64,000 bases of DNA. It comes from Sporopachydermia quercuum (lineage: Eukaryota). Both the position numbers and the translations under genes were made by a program. The number at the start of each line of letters is the position of its first letter. Positions within the stretch are counted from its first letter, which is position 1. Location of the stretch: positions 868,001 to 932,000 of the forward strand of contig BCGN01000008.1 of the NCBI GenBank assembly GCA_001599295.1. Direction: 5' to 3'. The notes under the pieces were generated by a model that saw only the letters and a program-made list of their open reading frames with translations, had not been told where the DNA came from and did not search any database. Positions 12,101 to 23,308 of the stretch are shown here, one piece after another.

Positions 12101-15100
12101 GATCGAATACTCGTAGATTTAATTCCCGCGGATATGAAGTTTTCTGGTCTAATGAGTTTCGGGACGTCACAATTACTGCTTTCACTTCCATCGTCTTCTC
12201 TGCTTTCGTAATCCCGAAATTCATTCCGAGCATAAAATTCACCTAATCTCACAGTAATCATGTTGTATTTGCCGTCTGAGAAGGGAACGATTCTTGGGAA
12301 GACTATAATCGGGGTTTCCACTCGGACGTCGAATTTCATCTTTTGTACTTCTTCTGTTTGTACCTGATCTAAAGCCGCCATCCGAGCCGAGTCATAAAAC
12401 TCTTTCATCTGTTGGAACCGAGATAAAAAGCTTAGTAGTTTACCGATAGGTTCTTCTATGAAGTTGATCCGGATACTTGACACATTAAGGTTCAATACCG
12501 AAGTATGGGCTTCTGCTTCCGATAGTGCTATTACTCCTTCCTCTTCCCCTTGCACTTCNACTGCCGGCTCTGCTTCAGGGACCAAAGGTTGTACGCCGAG
12601 AGTTTCATAGTTAAACGTCAAAAGATTGGATCCGTCGATAGAAACGAGTTTCCGCATTACTGAGTTCCGAGCTGATCCGATGTTCACGTCATCATGAACA
12701 GTTAAAGCTCCGACAGATCCCGAGACTTTCATCCGATCGGCAATAAGATCTACCGAAATTCCCGCTTCAGATAACCCAATAGTTGCCAATTTGACTCCGT
12801 CGTCATTCAGTATCAGTACAATATTCTGAAGGCCAATTCTAACGGTAATTAACCCTGGTGTCTGTGGTTCCGAAGAAGCTGAATTTTGGCTTGCAATGTT
12901 TTCTTGGTTAGGTGATAATGCAGAAGACTCAGTATTCAAATAAGGTTCGGGGACCTCTGGATTTGTAAATGTCATTAGTGCAAAGTTTAATAAAGTTAAC
13001 CAGCTAGATCGGTTGACAACTATTTGTAACGATTGCAGGTCTAATTTTATAGTCTGGTCACAAATAGGCTCGTCGGCATTATTGCCTGCTTGAGAACTAA
13101 GGTTATTATTGGGCCGAGCCGTTCGGGTATAATCTAAACAAAATAATGGAGAAGACACAATGGAATCTTCCGAGATTTCGGATATCTTATCAGCCGTTTT
13201 AGGTTCCAAAGTATTTCCAAAACTGGTAATGAGCCGAGAGAACTCAGCAATTGAACTCTTCTCAATGAAATCATCAACTGCTAATGAACCGAGAATTACA
13301 TTCACAAACATCTCATCGATTGTTCGGGAGAACCGGAGACGGAATTTACTCCCAATTAGGTCAATCAGCTTAGTTTCCTTGGCGACATCGTCAGAGTCGC
13401 ATCTGTACAAGGAAAGTATGATTTCATGTACGCTAAACTCTAGTTCTAAGGTCTTCTGTTTAACGGGTTCTTCCGAAAGGACGGAAGAGTCGTCGGAAGA
13501 TGAGACTTCCTGTTTAGGCAATTTCTCAGAGATTTTCACCTGGTTGTCCGCCGGTTTTAACGCTATCTCCGATTCAACCTCNGAGGTTGAATCGGACTCA
13601 GATGTATCAACTTCTGAAGCTGCGTCGGAAAAGATATCAATATCGCCTTCATTATCTCTTCCGCTTTCTGCTTCTGGCTCCGTTTCCGGTTCTGATGACT
13701 CCAAGCCTAATTCATCTATTAACGGAACAATCGACTCCCGTTTCCCGAGGAATTCCCGGACAAACTTTTCTCCATCGTCAAATGAATTTGCGTCTTCGTT
13801 CTTATTTCCATTCTTTTTAATACTATTGCCGCTATCACTATCTTTTCCGAAATCAGGAATACATGTATCTAATAACTTCATTAAGGTCTTGTACTGGAAA
13901 TCGGATAAAGCGGCTCGGAATCTCGGCAATGTGCCGGAAACCCGGATCCGTGACATGTTTTCAACTCTTGGTAGAATTGAAAGCTCCACAAGCATTGTAA
14001 TATCAAACTGGTCTAAAATTGAATAGGTTGTTGAACTTTCCGACATTTCTTCTAAGCTGCTTTCCGCTATGCCTTCCGATTTTTCAGGAAACTGTATCTT
14101 CTCCGGTGTCTTGTTGCCTTTATGTAACTCTTGGAAAGTATCGGCCAATGTCGGACCAATTAAAACTTGAGTGTTCTCTAACCGAAGGTTGAACCTATCG
14201 TACAACAGCATCCGTAGGGTTTCCCAATCGCCTTCCGAATATACCCGATCGATCCGTTCTGTGAGATCTGTGAACTGTTTCCGGTCTTGTAAATCGGAAG
14301 TAATACTAATATGGCCCGCGTCGATGATTCCGCATGGAGCATTGCCGTTTGTGTAGTCTAAGGGAATAATTATAAGTGGGGCTTGTAAATCCAATCTAAC
14401 TTTTATGGTTTTGTGGCCTTCTAAGGCATATTCAAGACCCATCCGTGTTTGTTTCGTAACCGTCTCAACGGTAGCTTCCGCTGCCGAGATTATTGCTCCG
14501 ATTGTATCTAAATGAGCCGAAGGCGGCCTGAAAAAGCCGAAAATACGTTCTAAAAATGTAGCGTGGTAATAAATTGTGAGCGAGTCGGAACGCATACTTA
14601 AGGCCGAGTCGGCCGATCCGTCGAGCGGATTGGATTCGAATGACATTTCAAAGAATGGCCTGACAGGTTCGGAAACGATAACACTAGAGGCGGAAGAAAT
14701 TGCGGAATCAATGGCCAAATCAGAATTGATACCGGAAGGCGTTTCGGAATTGATACCGGAAGGCGTTTCGGAATTGATACCTAAATTGGCACCAACAGCG
14801 GTTTCCGGAATTCGAAACTTACCGGAATGGATATCGGAATGTACCGATTTAACGGAAATGATATTCTTATAAAGAGTATTTCTACTTCCATCTTCAACCC
14901 GAAACTCCCGAAGTTTTACATCCGTTCGGAATGAATCTGGCCGTTTCAGTACAGCAGCGGAAAATTCTTCGAAGACTAGACCAGCTATTGTGTTCTGATT
15001 CTCCCCATGAGGATCCTGAATGATCCGAAGACTTCCCCGGGTCAAACTTAAAGCCAAAGCGGAAACTATCCGATCTTTCGGATAGTTTATTGCTTCCGTT

Positions 15101-16813
15101 ATCTCTTTAGCTTCGTCATTATATCCGATAGTCTCATACAATTCTTTCCGTTGTTCATCCGTTATTTCCATGGTTTCCATTGCGTCCATCGTTTTCTCAT
15201 TATCACCATCACCAGCATTACTTTCGGTATCACTAATGGTCTCGGGTTTCTTCTCATTTTTAGTAGAACCACCCCACCAGCTACCCCACCAGCTTGTGGA
15301 CTCCCCACTTCCTTTTTTAGGTATTTCTTTCCGTTCTTTCCGAAGCTCAGATTTAGCTAGCGCTCGGTAAAATCTTATATCCTCAACCGAGATTTCATCC
15401 TCAATTGCCGTAATTTCCGCTTTTTCTTCGGGTGAAAGCGTCTCGGTTAAAATCTGCTGCTTATATAACTTCAAGTACCGTTTCCGAACATCTCGTCGAT
15501 GTTTGAAATATTCCCAGCTCCATTCATAATGCTGCCGGTGGACTTCGGAATGAACTGCTTTAGCAGCATACACAAACCAGGCTTTCGGATCATCCCGAAC
15601 CGAGGTTTTCGGTCGAAACTGTTTGTACGCTCTGGTTTTGAAATACCAGTGGAATTTGGACGCTGTCCAAAGAGCATCTCGGTATTGGTCGGAATCTAAG
15701 TTGAAAGCTATTTCCTCAAACAGTAATTCTACCGAAGTTTTAGGCTGCGTCTCTGTGGCACCGGCTTTATTCATTGTGATCCGACCCGTACCCGAAATAG
15801 GGCTCATTATNTATTGGAAGTCAATTTTTGAGTTACTATTGGACTCTGAAACCATATCGGTATCCTGTCGGGTTTTTGGTTCCGTGATACTCCGAAACTC
15901 GGCTAGTAATTTCTCGGGATCGGATTTCACTTCTGCTGCCGAGACCTTATGCAGGTACTTGCCATCGGATCCAGTATTGAAATACATTGCTAATGAATCC
16001 AATGTTATAAGTTTATGTGTAATGGCTTGGGACACGGAAATGAAATCCGGTTTCCAATCCGAGGTTGCTGAAACAGCCGAGAGTTCGGTCAAGGTTATAC
16101 CTACCGAATAGGGAAATAAGGTAACGTCCAAAGAGGAATCTTCGTACCTAATATGGATATTTTGGATGGTTATTTGTAGATTGTCTACAATTTTAGTAAT
16201 CAAGCTTTCATTGAAGCTTTCGTTTTTGGCAACTTCTTCCGAGGTGAGTTCCTTATTAGGTTTGTTTTTCTCAATAAGATTAAGGTCTTTGATTTCTTCC
16301 CGTTTCCGAAGTAATGCCTTTTCCGCCTCCGCCTTTGCATCATACTCATTGGAAAAAGCAGGAATAGCTAAAAGGTACAAATCTTGCACCACGATTTTCA
16401 CCGGTTTGGACTTAAGGTTCGACCACGGAATTTGTAATGTGAGTTCTCCGAGATGTCCCGCAAGCACTTGTAGCGGGATTTCCAGTTTATCCAAGGCTTC
16501 CGGCCGAAGTTTCAGATTTCGGAGCTTCACATCTCCAGACCAAATGCCGATATTTAACTGTTTTGGGTCGAAATTTTCAACCTAGAAGAATGAAAAACGT
16601 TAGGGGGGTAAAGGGGAGTAATGTGAGGTAGTGTAGGATTAACTTTTGGAACAATTGTGGGTATTTGTGGGAGGTACTTACATAGGATCCCTAAATAACG
16701 TTAGTATGTTTCTCGGATAACTTTACCAAAAGCAGTAAAGCGAAAACAGGTACACAAGACTCAAAACTTACGATTATTCGGTTCAAAATGCCGGCGGCTA
16801 AAGATTCAAGCAT
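6199..16813 (-). CDS. VPS13: Vacuolar protein sorting 13 lipid-transfer protein (3 exons, about 3477 aa)
   Basis: Exon 1 16813-16772 (MLESLAAGILNRII); intron 16771-16691 (GTAAGT..TACTAAC..TAG); 9-nt exon 2 16690-16682 (GSY); intron 16681-16582 (GTAAGT..CCCTAAC..TAG); exon 3 16581-6199 (VENFDPKQLNIGIWSGDVKL...). Chorein N-terminus and VPS13 C-terminal motifs (HKILGSADILGNPIGL, GFFKGLGKGLVG) are present. Confidence 0.96.
13568..13596. repeat. Perfect 29-bp palindrome inside VPS13
   Basis: TCCGATTCAACCTC-n-GAGGTTGAATCGGA: 14-bp arms around an ambiguous centre base at 13582. Confidence 0.95.
14723..14781. repeat. 24-bp tandem repeat (about 2.5 copies) in VPS13 encoding INSETPSG
   Basis: GAATTGATACCGGAAGGCGTTTCG x2, followed by GAATTGATACC. 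Confidence 0.95.
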
Positions 16814-19800
16814 TGTGGCTATTGCTGTTCCGTTCCGTTCACTCCGTTTGTTCCGAAGTGCGAATGATTTCGAGCCACCAGAAACACAGACACAGAGGAA
16901 TTTAAGTTATATGTTGGCAGCTGAAATTCGGCTTTCAATACNAAGTCTTTTTTTTTGGTAATTAACGTTCCGTAAGTGTTCTTGGATACTTTTCTAACTA
17001 GGAATTGACGGAGAAGCTCGGATGTACTGCTTTAAACCAGTTTACAAATGTCAAGTCCAAAACTCAATGATCAATCCAGACAAGCCAAATCCTTCTTCAG
17101 AAACAACGGTTAGAAACACAGTGAAAACTCAGCTTGAAAAAGCAAATCACAATTATGGTTATTATGACACTTTTAATGATAGAAATTGTAAATGTTGTGC
17201 TGATTTGATGGTGTTTTATGAATTGATACTATACAAACAATAAGTGATAAGAAGGAAGAAAGGCAATGATTATGTCATGCAGGGAGTTGAAACTGTGATT
17301 GGGAGGTGTGACACAAGAGATAGGAGATGGGACAATGTCAGTAACTTTTACTGACAGAAAGGCAATTTCGAGAGAGAGATAGCAGGAAAAGATGAGCCTA
17401 ATAATAAGCATTCAATTAATAAGACTTCTGAAATCAGACAATTTCTGAGGGTCCAATTATATCTTATATGAATTTCTATAGAAATAATTATACATTATGT
17501 CACAGTGTGTGATGATTTGCCTCAAATACCCAACGTGACATTATTGATACAATAGTATATGCATTTCTATGTATGATATGCATTAAACNTTTACATCATA
17601 CATTTACTATGCAGAACTTGCGTGACATCATATTGATGACAACATGAAAGAAGCTCAAAGTAGCTATTATTCAGATTTGTGTGGATTTAAGAAATGATTC
17701 AATTAAAAATGACCATTTTCTCACTCTTGTAAAGTTTATAAAACTTTGAAATTCAGCATGCGAGCCTTTGTTGTTTGAAAGTACGAAGAGTACTGAGGAG
17801 GGAATCTGAAGCTATTAGAAGTTACGCTATTTTAACACTTAATCCGTATGAAGATATTAGCTTTTAAGTACAGTTCTGGGAGTAATCTTTTCCATTGTTT
17901 TAATGTCATTTTGCGTAAATCTGAACCAAGTATAAATGTATAATCAATAAGCTCTGCTGGATCATTTGGTTATTTGATTGCCATTTAAGATTTGCATGAT
18001 ACAGTAGTAATGTATATTTCTTTAAACTCTAATCATTGAAAATCTTCTTGTTATCAAAAATAAATAAAAAAATAAAAAATAACTGAATAGCAGTGAGATA
18101 ACGGAAGTATTGTAGTTTAAATCTTATTTTATATGCTAACTATCTTCTTTTTACAGGGACCCTCTTAGATGCATTTTCTTCAGTTAACAACAAGTATTGT
18201 TTCCCCACAATCAGATATCAATAATTATCTTTGCAGATACTAAGCATTGTACATATGCAAGGAAAAAATGGCAAAAGCTTGTTCATCAATATCAGANTTC
18301 GGCTGTACAAAACTTATTTGCAATATGAATGGTTGTGATTCGTTTATTAATCATTACAATTTACAATAAATCAATGATCAAATATCAGTCAGTTTATACA
18401 ATTGCTTTAACATTGCTAAATTAACTAAAACTACCATTTCCAAAATTATGCGAAATTATATAAATATGCCGATTGAAGTTAGGAAGATTAAGGTTACATA
18501 TTGTATGCAGGTTTTGGCATCAAAAACTCAATTGTTGGAATTCTTGCTCGATCTGAAGGTAATAATCAAACAAAACCTCGCGGATAATGGAGGCTAACAT
18601 TTCAATGCAATTGTATGATAATTTCAAACCAGTAGGATAACGTCTACACAGTGGTTTTGATAGATTCGCTTTACACCTAGGGTATAAGGAAAGGTACCAA
18701 TGAAGTCCAAAAGGCGGTTCGATATATTACTGACATGATCCCGTTATACATTTAAGTGCATAAGAGGTTTAACTTTAATGACATCTAAGGAGGGTCTATC
18801 AGTTTCTTCTTTTGTTATCTACACAATTCTACGAATATTATTTTGGTAACAAATTCGTGTCATCTAAACTCAACAANGATTTATTGTATAACTTCTATAA
18901 AATCATTCTATCATATACTACATATTTTGGTTGCATTTAATCGTTCGAAATTTCATCGTGAGAAACTCTAATTATGCAATAGACCAGACCCTATTTCCAG
19001 TTCCAGATTAGCCACGGCTAACAGCACATATTAATCTTCTCTATCAATACTAGTTTCACAACTATACTTCCATTTACTCAACGACAAAAAGACCAAGTAA
19101 ATAATGGCTATTAAATAATAAGACACCATTTTCTCTTCATACATGTCCTATACTGTTCATAGATTAGAAATAATCTCCTGAATAGTTTTTCCGAGGAGTT
19201 AACCAAAGACTCCTTTCCATCTATAAAGACCCCTTGTATTCTAGACCTTCAGCTCGGTTATACTCCCCATTTAATCCTTGTAACAAAGGCTAACTTCTCC
19301 ATTTTTTGTTCCCTTTTCCATATTTACCTTCTGGAGATATACTACAGAATAGAGGCCTCATGGCACGCACATCCCGTCTGAAACTGGAGAGTACTGGAGA
19401 AAATAGACCATTCTGTTAGGTAGTGTTCCACCTTAAGTGGTAAAATTCTACTTAAATGCTTGACTCCTCTAGGAGTGCTAACCCGATTGTGGGATAACCA
19501 CTGATATGCATGACTACCTTAAGCAGGAACTCAACGACAACAGTTTGAATGTTTGTCATTGTTTTTTTGCTATTAATTGCTTAACTCTTCTATATTGAAT
19601 TAGTTTATTGATCGCTTTTTGATAGATTAACCAGAAACTATCTACAATTAGTTCAAAAAGGACATTTACAAAAGGATAAGAACAATTACAATAGGGTCAA
19701 TTGAACCTTCACAAAAGAACACCAATAGCAATCACAACACACTTTTATCTCGTGCTTGTTATTCATCGTTCTAACGGCTATTTACTATCATTAACATCAT

Positions 19801-19959
19801 TGATCGTCTTAGTATTAATTCAATAACTGAAAGAAACCTCCTCTTCTTATCTGTTATTGTTAATCCAGAGAGAATCACACACAGATACAAGTTATTTATA
19901 TATAATTAGATCAACTTCCACTACATAAAGTGTATCTAATTTCCAAGATCGATTTGAAA

Positions 19960-21660
19960 ATGTCGGAAAAATACTTTATTGGTGTGGACGTGGGAACTGG
20001 CTCTGCAAGAGCTGCTATTGTTTCTTCAACTGGTGAAATCCTATCATTGAGAACTAAACCAATCTCAAGAGAAGAGCTGAAAGAGAACTTTATCACTCAG
20101 TCAAGTAATGAAATCTGGTCGGCAATTTGCTACTGTGTTAAAGAATCAATCAAGGAGTCATCAATTGATCCAAATTTAATAAAAGGCATTGGCTTCGATG
20201 CTACTTGTTCGCTGGTTGCAATTTCTGCCAAAGATGACACCCCTTTACCAGTTGGACCTGATTTCAATGATTCCAATAGAAACATTATCTTATGGATGGA
20301 TCATAGAGCTGATAGTGAAACTAATACTATTAATGGAACTGGAGCAGATTTGCTTAAATATGTTGGTGGTAAAGTGTCTATTGAAATGGAGATACCTAAG
20401 ATGAAGTGGTTAAAGGACCATTTACCAAAGGATAGACATTTCAGTGAATATAAACTATATGATTTGACCGATTTTCTTACGCATAAAGTAACAGGAACCG
20501 AAATTCGTTCCTACAATTCTACAGTTTGTAAGCAAAATAATGTGCCAGGAAAAGGATTTGACGAGCCATTTTTTGAGCAAATTGGTTTGAAAGGTAATAT
20601 TGAACAGTTAGCCCCAAAATCCCAGTTTTCAATAGCAGGTCATTTCATGGGCAACCTAACTGAAATCGCTGCTAAAGATTTAGGCTTGAATATTGACTGC
20701 AAAGTTGGTTCTGGTGTGATTGATGCTTATGCAGGATGGATTGGCACTATTGCTGCTAAATTACCTAACGAAGAAGCTCCCAGCTTAGAATTAGCGGCTA
20801 ATAGACTTGCGGCTATTGCTGGTACATCTACGTGTCATATTGTGTTGAATAAGGAGCCAGTTTTTGTACCAGGGGTTTGGGGACCTTATTTAGACGTTTT
20901 ATTGCCAGGATTTTGGGCTGCTGAAGGTGGCCAATCAGCTACTGGAGAATTGCTACATCATGTTTTAATATCACATCCTGCGTATAATGAATTGAAAGAA
21001 GAAGCTGATAAGCAAAAAACGTCGCCATTCGTTATTTTGGATAGGTTATTAACAGAACTAGCCGAAAGGAAAGGTAAGCCTGTTTCATATCTTGCTAGAA
21101 ATTTGTTTTACTATGCAGATGTTCACGGCAATCGATCACCTTTGGCTGACCCTAATATGAGAGGATCGTTTATTGGGGAGTCCTTGGACGTTTCTATTAC
21201 ATCATTGGCTCTGAAATATTATGCGGCAGTTGAATTCATTGCTTTGCAAACCAGGCATATTATTGATGTAATGAATAAATCAGGACATAATATTACTAGT
21301 GTTTTCTTATCTGGAGGCCAATGCAGGAACAAGATTTTGGTTCAATGTATGGCAAATGCATGTGGTATTAAAGTAGTGGGTCCAAGATACATCGATGCTG
21401 CTGTTGTGTTTGGAGCAGCTGTTTTAGGTGCCGCAGCTGATACTCATGGCGAATTAGTTAAAGTGAATAAGCACCCAGACGAGAAGTTATTGTGGAATGA
21501 AATGGTGAAGCTTACAGGAGAAACAGGACTAGTAGTGGAACCTCAGGATAGCTCTACCTATGATAGAAGACTTCTTGAAGTGAAGTACGAGATATTCTTG
21601 GATATGTTGGAAGCTCAAAGAAGGTATAGAAGAGAAGTTGCTGATATTCAATCAATGTGA
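19960..21660 (+). CDS. FGGY-family carbohydrate kinase (D-ribulokinase, YDR109C-like)
   Basis: Motifs YFIGVDVGTGSARA, GIGFDATCSL, ILWMDHRA, AGTSTCH, VPGVWGPY, EGGQSATG and HGNRSP. The first ATG is at 19960; the ORF track starts at an upstream GTG. Confidence 0.9.
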   Translation: MSEKYFIGVDVGTGSARAAIVSSTGEILSLRTKPISREELKENFITQSSNEIWSAICYCVKESIKESSIDPNLIKGIGFDATCSLVAISAKDDTPLPVGPDFNDSNRNIILWMDHRADSETNTINGTGADLLKYVGGKVSIEMEIPKMKWLKDHLPKDRHFSEYKLYDLTDFLTHKVTGTEIRSYNSTVCKQNNVPGKGFDEPFFEQIGLKGNIEQLAPKSQFSIAGHFMGNLTEIAAKDLGLNIDCKVGSGVIDAYAGWIGTIAAKLPNEEAPSLELAANRLAAIAGTSTCHIVLNKEPVFVPGVWGPYLDVLLPGFWAAEGGQSATGELLHHVLISHPAYNELKEEADKQKTSPFVILDRLLTELAERKGKPVSYLARNLFYYADVHGNRSPLADPNMRGSFIGESLDVSITSLALKYYAAVEFIALQTRHIIDVMNKSGHNITSVFLSGGQCRNKILVQCMANACGIKVVGPRYIDAAVVFGAAVLGAAADTHGELVKVNKHPDEKLLWNEMVKLTGETGLVVEPQDSSTYDRRLLEVKYEIFLDMLEAQRRYRREVADIQSM

Positions 21661-23308
21661 TTATCAGTGGAAATGACGACTGATCAAATAATTAATGGGA
21701 AATTTGGTGTAAAAACAATGAGCTGGATGAATATTTATGATGATTATAATAGGATAAAATAACTTGTTTCCTACAACTTTCAAATATAATGAGTTAGTTG
21801 ATTCTTAATGTTAGTTTTCGGAGAGGATGTAGAGTATTTCGAAGAATATGTCAGTACTCTGGAAATAATATTGTAATAATCCAAATATAGGAGATAATAA
21901 TTGATAAGGTCCCAATCTTCCGAACCTGATAGTAAAAAATTCAAATTCCGGATACGATGAAAATTGAAGAACGTCCATATGCTTAATACATTATTTATTC
22001 AACTTTCAATACATCAAAGAATATCATTTTTACAGCAAAAAGCTTTATTTTCGAATTGGATTTAAGCATTATATTTGAAATACCATCACTCCTCGTCTTT
22101 TCCAGTCTTCTTCCTATTCCGGAGACCTTAACCAGTCTTAACCTTACTCCACCAGCCATTTCTTCCTATGAATGATGTTTTTTCCTGTCTCCCTCCTGTG
22201 ACCATCATATCTCCCCACAATCACTCAAAATCATCTCTCACTCTTCTATACTTTTTCTGCCTATTCTATGTAGCAGTCTCTCACGTCAAACGATTCGATA
22301 CAATAAATGTTTTTGAACCTCGATCTCGTTCAGGTTATTTGTTTACGCTTTTCCACAACAAGATTTACTATTGCTAAAACTGGTAGTTGTGGTGCCAAAC
22401 CTTAATATACACCCATACACCATGAATCTTTACTATGTAAAGCACGTACTTGAAAATGAAAAAAATTCCACAGTAAACCCGTTTTTGTATGCTCGACTTG
22501 CCATCATCGTTCTCTGTCATGTGACATGACTACTGTTCTCGAGACTTTCAACTCTTTTTGTAGTTACCAACCGTGTCCCAAACAAAGTTTAATTCCACAA
22601 ACCGCAAACAGTAGCACAACAAGCAACCTAGCAAGCAAGCAAGCAAGCAATAGAAACAATAGCAACATTATCAAACACTCTTTTTACTGTATAATCACTG
22701 ATAAAGGGTACATACAGAGAAAAGCCTCCAATTTTCTGCTGGCAACATAATTTTTTCTTTTTCTCTTTCTAATTGACGTTTAACTGCCAACATTACGGCA
22801 AAACAATTCACATTGATTTGAATCTGAGGTGTCAAATTGTCTGTTGTGAATCAAAGGTGTACATTCGTTTCGTTTTGGCAGAGCAGTGGTACAAATTCTG
22901 TTTGCAGTGGAAACTACTTCGTTAGCATAGCATAGATAGCAGTTATAACTGAATACCATCTAGTGGTTTCTATGAATTATTATTTAAAGATCATCCTAAG
23001 TGTTCGCATACTGATTTGATATTTTCCGTGTGGATAGTCAGTGTCTCAAGTTCTTGGATCGAACATCAGAAGTTACAAACAGCATCGTCAGCAACTTAGA
23101 AGCAATTAAGGAAAACCAATATTTTCAGCGGGGGAAGAAGCAACTCTCTTTTAATTCACAATAGATTTTCAAACTAACTGGTATTCGTGCATTTTACTTA
23201 GCACACTTCCACGCGAGCTTTGCAACACAATTACAACAAATCAATTGATAGTCCAAGTAACAATTGGTATAGTCAACTAATCAATTCGGGCAAAACATAA
23301 TTCACAAA

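Noticed and set aside
6635..16585. Many plus-strand ORFs up to 288 aa opposite VPS13
   Set aside because: These are antisense shadows favoured by the GC/TCCG-rich composition; their Ser-rich translations show no family motifs.
21658..21765. Stop-codon readthrough of the FGGY kinase to a cryptic peroxisomal signal
   Set aside because: The context is TGA TTA rather than TGA CTA, and the extension ends in RIK, not a PTS1.
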